Shown: in pieces, positions 13,332 through 27,084 of the stretch
Numbering within the stretch: the stretch's first letter is position 1
How the letters are laid out: the number at the start of each line of letters is the position of its first letter
Source: Tubiluchus corallicola
Lineage: Eukaryota > Animalia > Priapulida
Direction of reading: 5' to 3'
Assembly: GCA_030141605.1 (NCBI GenBank)
Contig: JAQGDQ010000176.1
Location: 248,001-312,000, forward strand
Length of the DNA: 64,000 nt
Notes under the pieces: model-generated
The model's input: only the letters and a program-made list of their open reading frames with translations
Databases searched by the model: none
Told to the model about the DNA's origin: nothing
Program-made: the position numbers and the translations under genes

Positions 13332-15659
13332 GTAAGAAAGTAACACAAAAATACCATTTCCCAAATTTAATCTCACTGTTACATTTGGAAGAGCGGTCGC
13401 GTGTAACAATATACTGTACAGACTATTGCCATGCAGAAAAATAATTTACAGCTGGGAAAAGGTTTCTAATGACCATGAGTTGTTGTTTCTATAAATTGTT
13501 TCGGGTCCAGTGGCACTCCATTTCTATTGGGCAATTCTGAAAAACTAATTTCTCGTCGCCACGAAGTGTGTTTATTTTGTACCAGTGTCATGCTTCCTTC
13601 GACCATGATACTTCGACACTTCGACCATAACACTCAGCATTTCAGAAGTAACGTCTATACACGTGTTTTATCAATCGTTGCGCTTATGGCGGATTCCCGA
13701 CAAAACACCTGTCTCATCGATTCTCTTATACATAGGTAGTGTAGGGCCTAATTATTAACTCTTTTGTTCATCTTTTGTCTTCTATCTTGTCTTCGGTACT
13801 TTGTTTTCTCATGGTGATAGCTTTACTGAGGCGATTAAAAAAACTTAAATCACCTGACAGTGGCTCTTCATGATAATTAATTACAGTGGCTGCACATTCT
13901 ACCAGCGACATATCTGACGTGTATACACAATTCAATGTTTGCCTAATATATATGGATACGAGTTTACTATTTGCATAATCGAGCCAAAAAGCATTTTATG
14001 AATTTATGGTGTGCCTTTATTGTCGACAAAGGCATACGTTACGTTGCAAGCATACTTTATGTAATTACAAGACGTCCATAACCATAATTGGGCAGTAGGC
14101 GTTTTCCGGTTGATTAAACAAGTCTGTACTTTGCTGGCTAGGCTTGCGCAGTCTTGAAATTTAAGTGAAGTCTTTGAATTTAGAGTTTTTTACGTGAAGT
14201 CAGAAATTAGAAAACAAGTAACTAAAAGGCCGTTGAAAACAAACAAAATATAACCGCAGACTTAATGACTTTATGGTTTATAATTATTAGTAATTTATTG
14301 CAAATAGTAACCACCGTAGGCCTACTCTATAATTGCATACATGAAAACATCTTTGTTCATTATTTTTTCTTTGTCTCTTTGCAGGCCACAGGCCTTTCAC
14401 TTGATCGCCTGTTAGACCAATGGTTCTTTGAACTTGCTGGTCACTTAGCCTCAGCTGTTTGGCCCTGTTCCTGTCCCTGATTCTACTCATATCAACTGCT
14501 CATATCAATAAAATAATAATGTAAATTTTGATAATGCAAATGCAAGACCTAGTTAATAACCCAAATACAAATCTTCATATTCATTCCATCCCAACATTAA
14601 TTTCCAAAATTCAAAAATGCATAACTGCAAAACTCAATGCGCACATTGCTGAATTTATACAATAATTTAATATTAAGAAACGAAGTTTCGTTTTCTTGCT
14701 GTAATGCAAATCAAATTGCGATTTGTAATTTGAATATTGATTTACCGATTGAGTGGCACAGATTATTCGTGAGTTCAATCGATTATGCTTAAATGTATTC
14801 AGAGCTGTACAGTATAAGCCGTGTAATTGATGGTATTACGAAGACATCGATTATAGGCTTTAAATTTAACAAAGCTGCTAATGCGAACGTTGTAGAATAG
14901 GTGCAAGTGATTAAAATATATTCAAAAAGAAGATATGAATAAAAAACACGCTAAAAAACTTATTACATGAGTTTTCTGATACAAGCACACTCCGTGTCAA
15001 TAATTCTATTTTATATTCTCAGCTATTTGCGCAGTTTCGTCGGATATTTTAAACGGGGAATATTAATATTTGCTGTAACTTGAGATTAACCGCTTGTACA
15101 TGGGATTTAATTTCCGCGGCAAACACATTACAAAGTAATTTATTCAAACACTACAGGGAGGTTGCAATATAGTTTATTTGTTCAATCAATATTTATGTTT
15201 TACTTCTTTATTTCCTGTGTAATTATCGTTTAATATTTCGTTTTATAAGTTTCGTGTAGCAAGTAATGGTGGGTATAGGTTTATTATGATAAAAGTTTTC
15301 ACTAATGTAAAAAACTGTGAATACTGAGCAACTTTAGTGAAAGCGGTAGACACGTGCCAAATGCATGTTTTGTGATGTCTTTTTTGTCCAATAAGCAGAC
15401 ATCAAGGTAGGTCTTCCTTAAATTTGGTGAAAATACCTTTGATGATATTAAGGTGCCAGCCAGTGCGGCCATTTACAGTGATCTTGCCTCTATTAATTTT
15501 TATGTTTATGTAATTGTTTGATGATATCTAATATGTTTATTCATTTCTGGTAGGAATAGTCAAAAGACAGATGATAATAATTGTGATATGATCTGAAAGA
15601 GTTGCTTTAAACTAAAAATAAGAAGATAATAAAAATATAGAAGATATTTGTTTAAAAAA

Positions 15660-16450
15660 ATGGAAACAAGGTAACGGTATATAATGCAATAATAATAAAG
15701 AGAAAAGAAAAATTTAAGCTATAAAGAAGTCGACAAGTAAGAAAGACAAACATAGTAAAAAGGTCAATGAGAAAATGGATAAAGGTAGAAAATCAATAAG
15801 CAAAAAAACAATGAAAATATAGTCAATTTTCAAAAATACAATAGTAAAGAGTCAGTACTAGCTGATACAAAAAGACGTGGTAAACTGGAAAAAACTGGAA
15901 AAGACGTTGGTAAAAAGTCAATAGGCAAAAAGACAACATTTAAAAATCAACGGAAAAAACAGGGGTAAAAATCAATAGGCAAACAGACAATGCCAATAAA
16001 ATCAATAGTAAAAACACCGAATGGGAAAGGTAAAAAGAGCAATCAAAAGAAAATCAGGGTAAACTCTATCGGCAAGGAAACAAAGTTAAACATGTCAAAA
16101 GTAAAAACAGGATGAAAGTAATAAAAGTTGACATCAAGCTGTAAAGCCAATGGCTAATTAGCCAAAGACGAAAATGTAATGATACGGTTTAAGAGAAAAG
16201 TTGATTTATAAGAAAAACGGGAGTAAAAAAAATTCCAAAAGAAAAGTCAGTGGGGAAAATGACAGTAAATTTTAAAAGTAAGATTCGGAAAGAAGGAAAA
16301 ATTCCTGTATGTTCAAGCGAGAGGCGACACGTTTTTATACGCTTTAGGTAACTGCGTCCCACTTTTTATATACCTTTTATTCCCCTGAAGCGCTCACATT
16401 GAAGGATTACATATTGTACATTGGCTTCCTTTCACCATTCCCTTTTCATC
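15660..16450. repeat. Degenerate ~14-15 bp periodic A-rich array (GGTAAAAAGTCAAT-like) with complementary T-rich right part; probable foldback-type transposon relic
   Basis: Repeated GTAAAAA(G)TCAAT(A)GGCAAA units 15750-16270; pyrimidine counterpart ~16360-16450. Confidence 0.45.
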
Positions 16451-17129
16451 CGAGCGAAGACAGGCAATAACTCGTAGAAGCCAGACACATCAAAGTTAAT
16501 CTCAATGTTTGTCTACAGACTGGCTTCTGTACATCTGAGTGGCCAATGCCAATTAGTCTGTTTGAAACAGTAATCAAGCAACGGTAATTGAGAAAAACAG
16601 ATACTCGAGAGACCGCCACTATACGGAGGGATTTATCTAAGCCGAAGAATTAATTGATAATTAAGTAGGCCTAGAAAGCAATTCTCTCAGTTAAATTAAT
16701 TTAATCGTGAACGTCGCAAGCTGTCCAGAGTTGAATTGAAAAAGCAAATGGGGTTTCTTCATTCTGTTGAAATAAGTGCAGCGCAGATCATTGTCAAGAA
16801 TCTCAAAGCTTTGAAAGATAATCCAAAATTCGGCATCAAATTTGGTTTCAAATATTTAAAATTGTGAAAACAGCCAATTATCCCATAACCAATAATCGAT
16901 AGTTATAAAAGCGCCCAAAACTCCGAAACTCTATAATTTTGTGGCCGCAAGCGATTTTAAAGCAGTTATACTTTACAAAATGAAATCAACAACTGTTTGA
17001 CATGGAAGAATATTTAATGTGAGCTATGCTATTGCCAAATGTTCAACAACGTTTACAATTAACTATATTTATAATACACAGTAGAAAATTAAATAAAAAG
17101 AAATATGTACATCGTATTAGTCTTTACGG

Positions 17130-17137
17130 CAGAAAGA

Positions 17138-17229
<92 letters not shown>
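17130..17229. repeat. (AG)n microsatellite
   Basis: Direct. Confidence 0.98.
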
Positions 17230-17231
<2 letters not shown>

Positions 17232-17834
17232 ATAATTTGTTCTTTTTTAAGTTGTTTCGCAACTCAGTTTGTTTTAAGGACTGAACTGAAGAAACGAATA
17301 TAACGGTTTGCTGTGGTCTATAGAAAAGCTAAATCCAATATTGAAAGCCAATAAGCAACAGCTGTGAAATGCCTCATTCTTCTACAAACAAGGAATTCCA
17401 TTCGCCACCTCTCTCATTTTCCCACTACAATCAATTTCACTCTAAACCTTTCATACGCAGCTGACGGAAAGAGTTGGGCGCAAAAATGGGTCTTCTCAGG
17501 CATTTCGGGACAAATGCACAAAATGGCATTTTCATAACGTTTCACTAATGTAAACCATAAACAATAACTTTGTAGATTTGTTCCTGAGACAGCTGCTCTA
17601 GGCGACAAGTTTTTCTCATCTAATTGTTTACTTTCCAGTTGCCAAGTTACCCTTGGTTCCGGTTGGCTTCGCCCTCGGTTGTTTGATAAGCTGCAAGCGT
17701 GGAAATTGCAATTAACTCTTGTTTGCTCGAATTTATTTACTAAATATGACGTTCGCTTTGCTCTTGAATATTTGGATGCGCTCTAGTTGAGTTGGGCGTT
17801 GCCAAACATTAGCGATTGCATTGTTATGTATTTG

Positions 17835-18323
17835 CCGTATATACGTGTGTACAAGTCGACCTTATGTACAAGTCGATGTGCATTTTAAGACCAAAAATTG
17901 CATCATTTTATATATTACCTGTGTACAAGTTGACCATAAAATATTAAGATCTTCCAAAGTAAATGATGTCAACAATGGCCGAGTAATATATAGCCTACTG
18001 TGTTAGTGTGTAAGAAACATGCAAGTGCCTGGGCCGAGTATATTATACCTACCCGATGTATATAAATACATTCGTGTTGAGGGCCCTCAATGCAATCCAT
18101 GATAATACAGCCTGGCTTTTTATCGCTCATAATTGTTTGTAATGCCTTTAACCTTAGGATATCGCGACCATGATATAATGAAGGAGTATTTCTTTACATA
18201 TTCGTATTGTAGACTACAGTTTAGCGACATCTCCCAAAAACATATCGTAAATACAAGTCGACCTCAAAAATTTCACCTCAAAATCGCCTCCCAAAAATTC
18301 GACTTGTACATAAGTATATACGG
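17835..18323. mobile_element. Tc2/pogo-type MITE
   Basis: TIRs CCGTATATACGTGTGTACAAGTCGA and TCGACTTGTACATAAGTATATACGG; TA on the right flank (TG on the left); internal TACAAGTCGA repeats. Confidence 0.85.
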
Positions 18324-19105
18324 TATTATAAAGTTCAATAATTATTTCAATCACGTGGAAGCCATATCTATCTAAATAAGTTATATTTTATAATGTTGAC
18401 AGTCGACAAAATTAATGTTGATACTGAGCTTTATATATATATATATGTCAACTGAAATCCGCTTTTGAGCTTTTCGTATCTGACTTAATATCGATTTAAA
18501 TTAGGGGTTGCCTTACTCTTCAGTCTGGCAATAGCTCAGAAACTATTTTTGCTGGAAATTAATATTGTTGCATGCCTTCTAGCATTATCATTGCCCTCAA
18601 CTCGACCTTTAGAGTCTTAAGCACGCAATGAACGTATTATTACTGTTTCAGATATATAACTGCATCAAAAAGTATAAACTGTTAGATCGCATTTATAAGT
18701 GCGTTAATAGATGGCCGTAATGTTTATCAGTCTATTTAGACTCCAAGAATAATTTCAGAGTACCAGCTCTATGTAGCGCTCTTTGGGTTTTAGTATCGTT
18801 TAATCTACCATTAACATTTTGTGTAATGTGTGTGTAATGTCGAAAGTCAGTGGCGAGTTAGCTGCCATTAAACTGCGAGAACTGCATTGACCTTCAGATT
18901 AACTGCCAATTTTGCTGTAGATAAACCTCGTAATACTGAAATTTACTGTCGATAAATCAGCTTCACCAAGAAAGTTTGATTCTGCACGAATCTATCAAAG
19001 ACGATATCTATGAAGATCATTCTGTGGCATTTTCGAATTTCGCATGTCTTGGAGTCTTACATACTTTCACAGAAAATAAATTGTAGACGCGATTGTAATG
19101 TTTGG

Positions 19106-19106
<1 letters not shown>

Positions 19107-19139
<33 letters not shown>
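19107..19139. repeat. (TA)n microsatellite
   Basis: Direct. Confidence 0.9.
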
Positions 19140-21941
19140 GCAATGCCAACAAATCCACACACATAAATACAAAAATTACAATGGTAGTGTCCTCTATTGC
19201 TGTCTTACGTGCAATGTAAATTTGGCCAAAATTTTCTGGCATGCTATTTTACATCGGACTCGAATTGTGTATGTCATCAAATAGTACGCACTTTCGATAA
19301 AATGCATCAGAATACATCACGTAAGTTTGACAACAGGCAGGACAGGATGGGGCAGTGCAGGATAAGAAAAAAAAGGAAAAGAAAAGAAGAAAAGAGAAGA
19401 AAAAACAAAACAAAGCAAAGCAATAGGTAGGAGAGAAGAACAGAGGAGAGAGGGAAGAAGAGAGGAGAACAGAGAAAAGAATGAAAAGTAAAACCATAAT
19501 AGTCGCGTGTGGCTAATAGACATCGAATTACCATCCTCAAAGGCCACATTTCTTTCAAAGTTTTTGCCCTCTGATCAAAGTTGGTATAGTATAAGTTTGC
19601 ATGTACGTGTAAAAGTCGATTCTTCGACACGATAAAGTATTTAAAGTCTAGTCACATTCTGTTTGTTAGAAAGTAGCAGTGGTGATCTTGGTAACGTTAA
19701 ATTGCAAATAAGGTAAGAGTGCACAGCATCATGTAAATTACTGCACAGGCATGGTCAACACAGTCCGTCCTGCTGATGATGATAAATGATAGTTGAAAAT
19801 TTAGTGTGTGCCTCTGTCAAACGACAGCACCTCAAGTAAGCTTCTTTGAGAGCGATTTCACAACGGTGCCGACCGTAAGAGTTTAACAAGCAAGCAGTTG
19901 CTGTTAGCACTAAATTATTCAGCGGATGAACTGTAACTGTAATTGTAACGTGATGATTTTACATCTTTTGCTAATCCGAAATGAGTCATTCTTCTGCAGC
20001 TTTCTTCGTTTTTACGAGCTTCCCTTTAAATGTCAGTCCGCAACATTGATTCGTTATTTTCCGTTTCTTCCACTCTGGTCAGTCGTAGATGATTGATTAT
20101 TGCTTTTACCGAATTTAAACCACCTACGGGGCTCTTGCTGCGGGCTAAATGATTCAGAGCGGTAATCCAGGGCAATTTGAGCACGCTTTTGCAGCAAAAA
20201 TTGTTCTTGAAATCCTTAGTCGACGAACACAAATCGTCTCGAAATAAATCGAATGTTACACACTGAGAGTTGCAACTACGCAGAATTCTTGTACAACTTT
20301 ATTTAATCTGGAAAGGTTGGCTTTTCTTGAAATCTCTCGAGGATTCGCGGTATTATTATTGTACAATATTACAATATCTATAAATTTAAAAACAAAATAA
20401 AACATACTCATTTTTTAAATATTTATACATACATAGATAATTATTTATCTATATACATACTGTCGTAAATATATAGATAAATAAAAATAAATAATAAATA
20501 ATAAAAAAATACACCTTGCCCTCTCTTTTAGAGATACGCTAAAATTACATCTAACAAATTAGACATATAAATAAAATATACAACTTTTTCCGGTTTCAAA
20601 AGTTGATTGACAATTTGCTCTTACGCCAATTCGCAAAATGCAGACTTGTTTTTCTTGGCGAGAGTCATTATTTTCAGATTGAAGAGAGGTGTACCAAAAA
20701 TATGAGCTTTACAAATTTGTAGCCTAAATTTGCAAATTTATATATTCTAAAGGAGAACATACTTGTAAATTATAAAGCAAAATTTACCAACTTTATATAT
20801 GATGGCATGAACCTAAGAAGCCTAGGTGTTGTTAACTAGAGACGTTGGATGTTGTAAATAGTTAATATATCAAATTTATTTTTATTTTAGTACGCTTAGC
20901 ATGACTCTTGGAATGCAATCAAGTTACTCAGTGCAGTTTTCGTACTATACGAGCACTCTCGCTACATCTTGTGATTACATGTACTAAAGCGTCGTTTCTC
21001 ATACTTTGATAAATTTATAGGGTTTCTGGACATAAAGCACGTTATATGGGCTTAATAAAAGTTATAGAGTGTTATTATTTTAACCTAATATTATTGCGCA
21101 AACAACACACAGAAAATATTTTTAAACTTTTTCGTGTAGTAAAGAGATCTCCTTTACCCAATAAACCTAAAAGCTTTCCTTCGTTTTATGTTATTGCTAA
21201 CAGGCCTTGTCTTGAAACGGTTGTAATGTCATTTGGAGCTTCTCTTATGTCTTTTGCAATCCATAGAGTCACTCCCTACACGCGGGAATTGCATGTAAAT
21301 CCATTTACACATTTGCCGAAAAACACAAAACGCACATATATATTTCATATGGCGACGATAAACAGACGAAAGACGGTGATAAGAATATTGTTTGTTTGTT
21401 CGTTTATTTACTCGTCTTTTGTTGATCACTGTTTTATCATATGCTTGTCAACGCTAACAATCTCAGAAATTTAAAATTATCTGTGTGATGTCTTCCAGAG
21501 TAATTCCTAGCCCAGGCAGGTAGTCCAACAGCATTTGGACATTTTTTCAACCTTCATCCGTTATTAACTTTACAATCATTTAACGTGTTTTGCTAAAATA
21601 TGCATCTTTGGATAAAGGGGGAGAACGATGGGTTTTGAAACACAGTGCCACAAGCAACCAACTGATTTGCAATCAGTCATCAAAGCTTCGTAAAGGTTAC
21701 CAAAGCTCAAAATTTCGCGACTTTTGTATCGCTGAGTGGTTTCCAAGTATTGGCCTATGAAATGAAACTAAATGAAATTCTGCATTGGCAAAAGACATCT
21801 GAAGCTTGATGCTGAATGTACAACCAATCGGGATGGCTTCTAGTCAGGTAGTATATATTACCGTAGTAGTTCCCAAAGTTGAGCATTAGAAAAACCACAT
21901 TTTTTTCGAATTTCGCCTATCAATAAATTTGCAGTTCTCAA

Positions 21942-22119
21942 GTGTCGTTTACGTAGCATCCGGATGCGTATGCGTTTGGGAGGGGCAGCTGAATGGATAA
22001 AATCGGTTTATATTGTTTTAATGCACCCGTTCATGCAGCCTGTGTATGTGTTATCTTTTTCTGCAGCTATTCCGCAGTTGGAAAGGCATACGCATCCGGA
22101 TACTACGTAAACGCGACAT
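21942..22119. mobile_element. Short MITE-like inverted-repeat element
   Basis: Left arm GTCGTTTACGTAGCATCCGGATGCGTATGCGTTT versus right-arm reverse complement GTCGCGTTTACGTAGTATCCGGATGCGTATGCCTTT (~35 bp, few mismatches). Confidence 0.75.
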
Positions 22120-25019
22120 TAGCTTAGATATTAATAAAACTTGTACTATGTAGATATGAAAATAGAAATGCGAGTTAATATAGGGGGTAAAATAATCAAT
22201 TGATCTACTATCAATAATCGATAGTTGTTTAAAAGAATCTAGTTGTAGTTTATTTATTGAAATTTCGGAACGTTTTTGATGATACAAAGAGAAACTTTGT
22301 GAAACGTTCCGAAAGTTTAATAAATGATTACATTCTAAAATGTGAGCCCTCATTCAGCAATTATCTAATTGTTGGTCAAAGAAACGTTGTCAACGAATTT
22401 CACCTTTTTTAGCCAATCATTAATTTCTTAACCGTTGTTTTAAAAAATAACTGTACAACAGTTTTCTTTTGACAGATTTGCTTTTTGATTTTGTTCACAA
22501 TAATTATTATCCTACTTTTTGATATAACCGTATACAGCGGTTTATCTTATAGTACTTATTTGAATAAAGTGTTTGCCTGGTTCATGTCTTGCAGCAACTT
22601 TATGAAGAGGCCCCATGCTATTGAGCAAACATCTTTTCCAGTTCTTTCCTTTTTCTAAAGACATCCAATCTTCGCTTTCTTTGTTCGTACGCATTCAGTT
22701 TTGTGAATTAATACACAGCTAGGACTCGAATTGTTATTGAACGTGGTTATTAGATGCGCCGCGACATAAACGATGTTACGCGAGTAGCAAAACTAGTTAG
22801 ACCGTTTTATGAACTCATCTTAAACTCTCCCACCTTGTTCACATTAAGCTGGAAAACCACTAATTTGCACTCGATCCTGAGTAAAGCAAAACTTGAGTAT
22901 AAGAAAGCTTTTCGTCTCGCGTGAGTTTAATAGACCGTTTAATTAGTCTTGCCAACGGCGTTCGTAGAATAGGATATCAGCTTGCGGAGTTGGCTTTTTA
23001 AGATGCCTCTCAAATTGCGTCAGGTATTTAAAATCCTCTGTTGCCGGTCTAAATCATCTGTCACACGTATTCCAAACTTATATGAAGTTAAGTTCGACGT
23101 GTATTTTAAGCATACTAACTGATAAAACACATCATCAACTGGTGTCAGTAGCTAATTATTTGATTATGAAGAAAAAGTTTTGATCCGTTACCTTCATGTT
23201 TTATTTGTTTTTAAAGTGTTAAGAATTACATTACAAAATGTAAAGAATAGAATCAGGTGGCTGAAAACACATTTGCTTTAGTAAACATTTATGCATATAA
23301 TAATGAGTTGCCGAATCATACGAGCTCACAAGGCTGACTTTCTACGCGCTCAGTGTTACTGCGCGCACATTGAATTGCACAAGTTTTATGTTTTACATTG
23401 TAAATTGTGATTCCTATTAGCATGAAAATATGCGGTCGTGCGAATAATTAATTAGGGAATTTGTACATTAATCACTTTGTGAAGAGCTTTACAATGGTTA
23501 ATTATCAAAATGCTGTTGAGTGATGCAGCTTTTTGCGTGTTAAGAACTACTAACTTACTAACTTAGAACTTTTTGGTAATGCTGATTAGGCTTAGATCAC
23601 AGATTTATCTAACTAAAGCAAGGCAGCAAGGTTAAGTATGCATACGTACATTTTGTATTTTCTTACTTTTTGTTAGTTTAACGTAAAAAAGTGTTCTGCA
23701 GTAAATAGGAAAAATCACAACATTCGTGGACGTTTAAAGGAGCAGCAGATCTGTGAGCGTGTCTGTGCAGGCCTAATATTCATCGTACCACCATATATTA
23801 TCTAACAGGCTTTCAACTCATTAAACATTAGTTGACACTGAGCGGTGGAATTAGCATATAAAAAGTTTCACTGGAAAACAATGTCATCTTTCGTCAATAT
23901 ATTTTTAAATTCGAAAAAATACTCTGATGCAAGAAACAAACAACTGTTTCTCTTTGGTGCAAATCTATCATTAACACATTCCACAACGTAAAAGTGAGGG
24001 TAAAAATTAATATTACGATTTATTTGACTGTTAAACATGTTAATTTTTTGTATCATAAGCAGCAGAGACATAGCATGCTTTGTGTGATGTTTTCATACAG
24101 CACATTATGTTCACTAGTGACTATTCAATTGAAGCTATATTTGCGCTATGCACTGAAACTATGATCAAGTTCAGTTAAACAGGATTGAAAGAGACTACAA
24201 TTGTACATGTAGCTAGCATGCTGATTTTTGCGGCATAACAGTCTGCAGATTTACCAAGGTCTTCACTAAGCCCTTACGGCTTGATGCGCAGAAGACTAAA
24301 CTATGATTTGGTGATTCATGTATAAGACTGTTGTAATTTGTATCAAAATACATGTATAACAAATGGAGCATCTTACAACTGAAAAATGAGAATTTCGGTT
24401 CGTCTTAAAAAATCTTTGGTTGTAATGTTACAGATTTGCGCAGTGACGATTACTTTGAACAGGATTGTGCGCAGCTAGACGATCAGTCGTCTAAACTTTG
24501 CACGTTAAGTAAGTGTGGAAACTTGACAAAGCACAAGAAATATGCCTTTAACCTCTAAGCAGAATGTATTAGAACTATTGCAAAGATGTGAAAAATAATA
24601 CACTACTTGACTCATGTTATTGACTCATGGATGTCATATGATTGCTATGAACTAAATTACGAATTGCGCCTTTTTATAGTCGTTTTTACTAAAATCTTAC
24701 ATTTTTCATTGAAAATTAATGAGCTATGTAATTGGCTATCGTCCAGCAGTACAACGTGTGTGTGTGTGTGTGTGTGTGCAGCTATTTCCAATCGAGAGAG
24801 TTAAGCTAGCGTCAATAGTCAATCATTGCTCATTAATTACTTATGTTTAACTAATCGATTTGCCAGTTTATTAGTTAGTTGGGTATTAGTAAGCATTCTA
24901 TTACGAGAATTAGCAAAGCAGGGAAAATTTACACGAAAAATTTCCGGGTTATATTTGCCTCTTACCAAGATGTAAAAGTGATTCTCTGAACCAGTTTTTT
25001 CTATCCGTCGTAGGCGAAA

Positions 25020-25210
25020 GCTATTAATTTCTCCCTTCTCCTGTTTCTTTCCGTTTCACTCTCTTGGCCACTTCCCCTCTCTCAGTCTCTGCCCATGCTC
25101 TGTTCTCCTGCCTCTCCCCGTTCTCTCATCTTTCTCCTGATTCTTCTCTGTCGTTCTCTCCCTCTCCCTCTCTCTGTCTTTCACTCTCTTCTTTTACCTC
25201 TTGTTCCCGT
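25020..25210. repeat. Pyrimidine-rich (CT) low-complexity tract
   Basis: Direct. Confidence 0.75.
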
Positions 25211-26012
25211 TTTTATTTAAATTTCTCGCCCATTCTCCGCAACAATTGCCCCAACTTTAATTTTCCCTCCGTGTTGTCAATTCCGGCTTTTGTCATAATA
25301 GTTTATTCAGTGCCTGTGTTACCAATGGGATACTCTTTTTAGCACAGGGTGTTATGTTGTTATGGGCCTAATACTTTTAGCGCTTCAAGCCATGCAAGAA
25401 CATTTCGAAATGTTTTTTTCCTGTATCCCATTTGCTGCTAACTTGTGTCTGCTATTCACCCTATCCATTCCACAGTCTAGTCACAATTCCTTTTAACGAC
25501 TGCCTTTCACATCTTTTCTTTCTCTGCTTTTGAATAATGAAATGTTGCACGGAAACTTTCGAAACTGCACTCATAGCACAAGATAAAATGCTCTTTTACA
25601 CTCTATCAGCGAATTTCTATTGCACGAAACTGTTCGGACTCCTGACACGCCCACATTTCGTACTATCACTTGTTTTGTTGGATTCTTTTCCCTCTTTATA
25701 CTATAACTCATTTTGTCTCACGATATATATCTTGGCTGCACAAATCCCTATTTTCTTAGCAAAAATGGCTACGAAATAGTAATAATTTTTATCAGCATTA
25801 TACTAGTACTACTACCCGTATAATAAGGTTAAAGTCATCTATCCAATTTAGCAAAGCTAAGATTGAAAGTTAATGAACATTCTAAAACTGGTTTTTTCAA
25901 TCATGGGATTTAGAGAAACAAAAATCACCAATAATGGTCACAGTCATCATTGTTATCATCGCCATTATCACCATCACCGCCAATATCATCATTGCTATCA
26001 GCAAATGGTTTT

Positions 26013-26013
<1 letters not shown>

Positions 26014-26052
<39 letters not shown>
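26014..26052. repeat. (AAT)n microsatellite
   Basis: Direct. Confidence 0.95.
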
Positions 26053-26054
<2 letters not shown>

Positions 26055-26897
26055 GCTTCTGCATTGTCGTTAGCTGCAACACTTCAAAATACTTTGCTTT
26101 TAATTTTGCATTTGGCATTTTGCATGTGCATGTGATTGCTAAGTTACATACCATAGTTTTTAATACTCGCTGATTAGTTTTAACCATTTCATATCACACC
26201 TTTCTAACCATTCGTTTTATCACCAATCATGTTAAAACAATAACAACATTAATAATAATATTAGCAAAGCTCTTCAACTTAAACTGTGTATCTTGAATTT
26301 TAAGTTTTTGTCGAAACTGATGAAGCAGTGCTTAACAGTAATAACAGGCCCATTCGAAGTGCAAAATTTTAAAACTTCGGTTACATAAGTCTTTAATTAT
26401 ACAATAATATCTCTCCTTGTTGCTGTTATACACCGTTTTCCTCTTTTTATTCATGCATTTACCAAGCGGGATTTAATCATTTTATGCATGATTTAATTTT
26501 AATGGTTTACGAGGTTAAAGGCATTTTATCTTGTGTTTTGTCTCGCTTTAACTTAACTCATATAATTGTTGGCTGTTTGCTTTTATACTATATTGGTTTA
26601 TTAGTGTAGTCTACTTTCACTGACATTTTTAACTTTGGAAATTAGAAAGTTGTTCTTGAAGTGTAACAGTATATCTCCTGTAGTACATGTAGTTAGATTA
26701 TTTTAAATGTTTAAGTTGATACATTTGTAGTAGCGTCACTGATTTAGGCGATTTTTTTTCAGTGAATAAGAAAGAACAAATTTATAACATTTATAGCACG
26801 ATGCAGTTTGTAAAGTGTTGCTGCTGCAATTATTTTCTGTTGAATGCCTTAGTAATGATATGTGACTAATATAACATAATTTTAACCTCGCTTTTAG

Positions 26898-27084
26898 TTT
26901 TTGACTGTGATGAAACAATAGAAAGCTGGAAACGTCCAAACGGAACATTCATGTCACCGTTTTATCCGAATCCGTATCCACGAAACATTGAGTGTAAATT
27001 CACCTTCATTGGGCGGGGAAAAGAGAGGGTGCAGATACAGTTCGTCGACTTCGACTTGCGCCATCCAGCTGGAGAATCAACAGA
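26898..27084 (+). CDS. CUB-domain protein exon, CUB1 N-half
   Basis: TTTTAG|..FDCDETIESWKRPNGTFMSPFYPNPYPRNIECKFTFIGRGKERVQIQFVDFDLRHPAGEST..|GTAAGT; classic CUB motifs (G.F.SP.YP..YP...C, V.I.F..FDL); phase 1-2. Absent from the ORF track. Confidence 0.93.

Noticed and set aside
19341-19490. Second Lys/Arg-rich reading frame
   Set aside because: Purine-rich low-complexity tract with no upstream polypyrimidine acceptor, unlike the 42235 exon.
19670-19712. AG...GTAAGA-bounded 43-nt candidate exon
   Set aside because: Length is not a multiple of three, so it would break the frame between the signal exon and CUB1.
19758-19778. RE1/NRSE-like sequence on the minus strand (TCAGCAGGACGGACTGTG), with a weaker one near 1800
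   Set aside because: Several core mismatches, and REST is essentially a chordate/vertebrate factor; probably chance.
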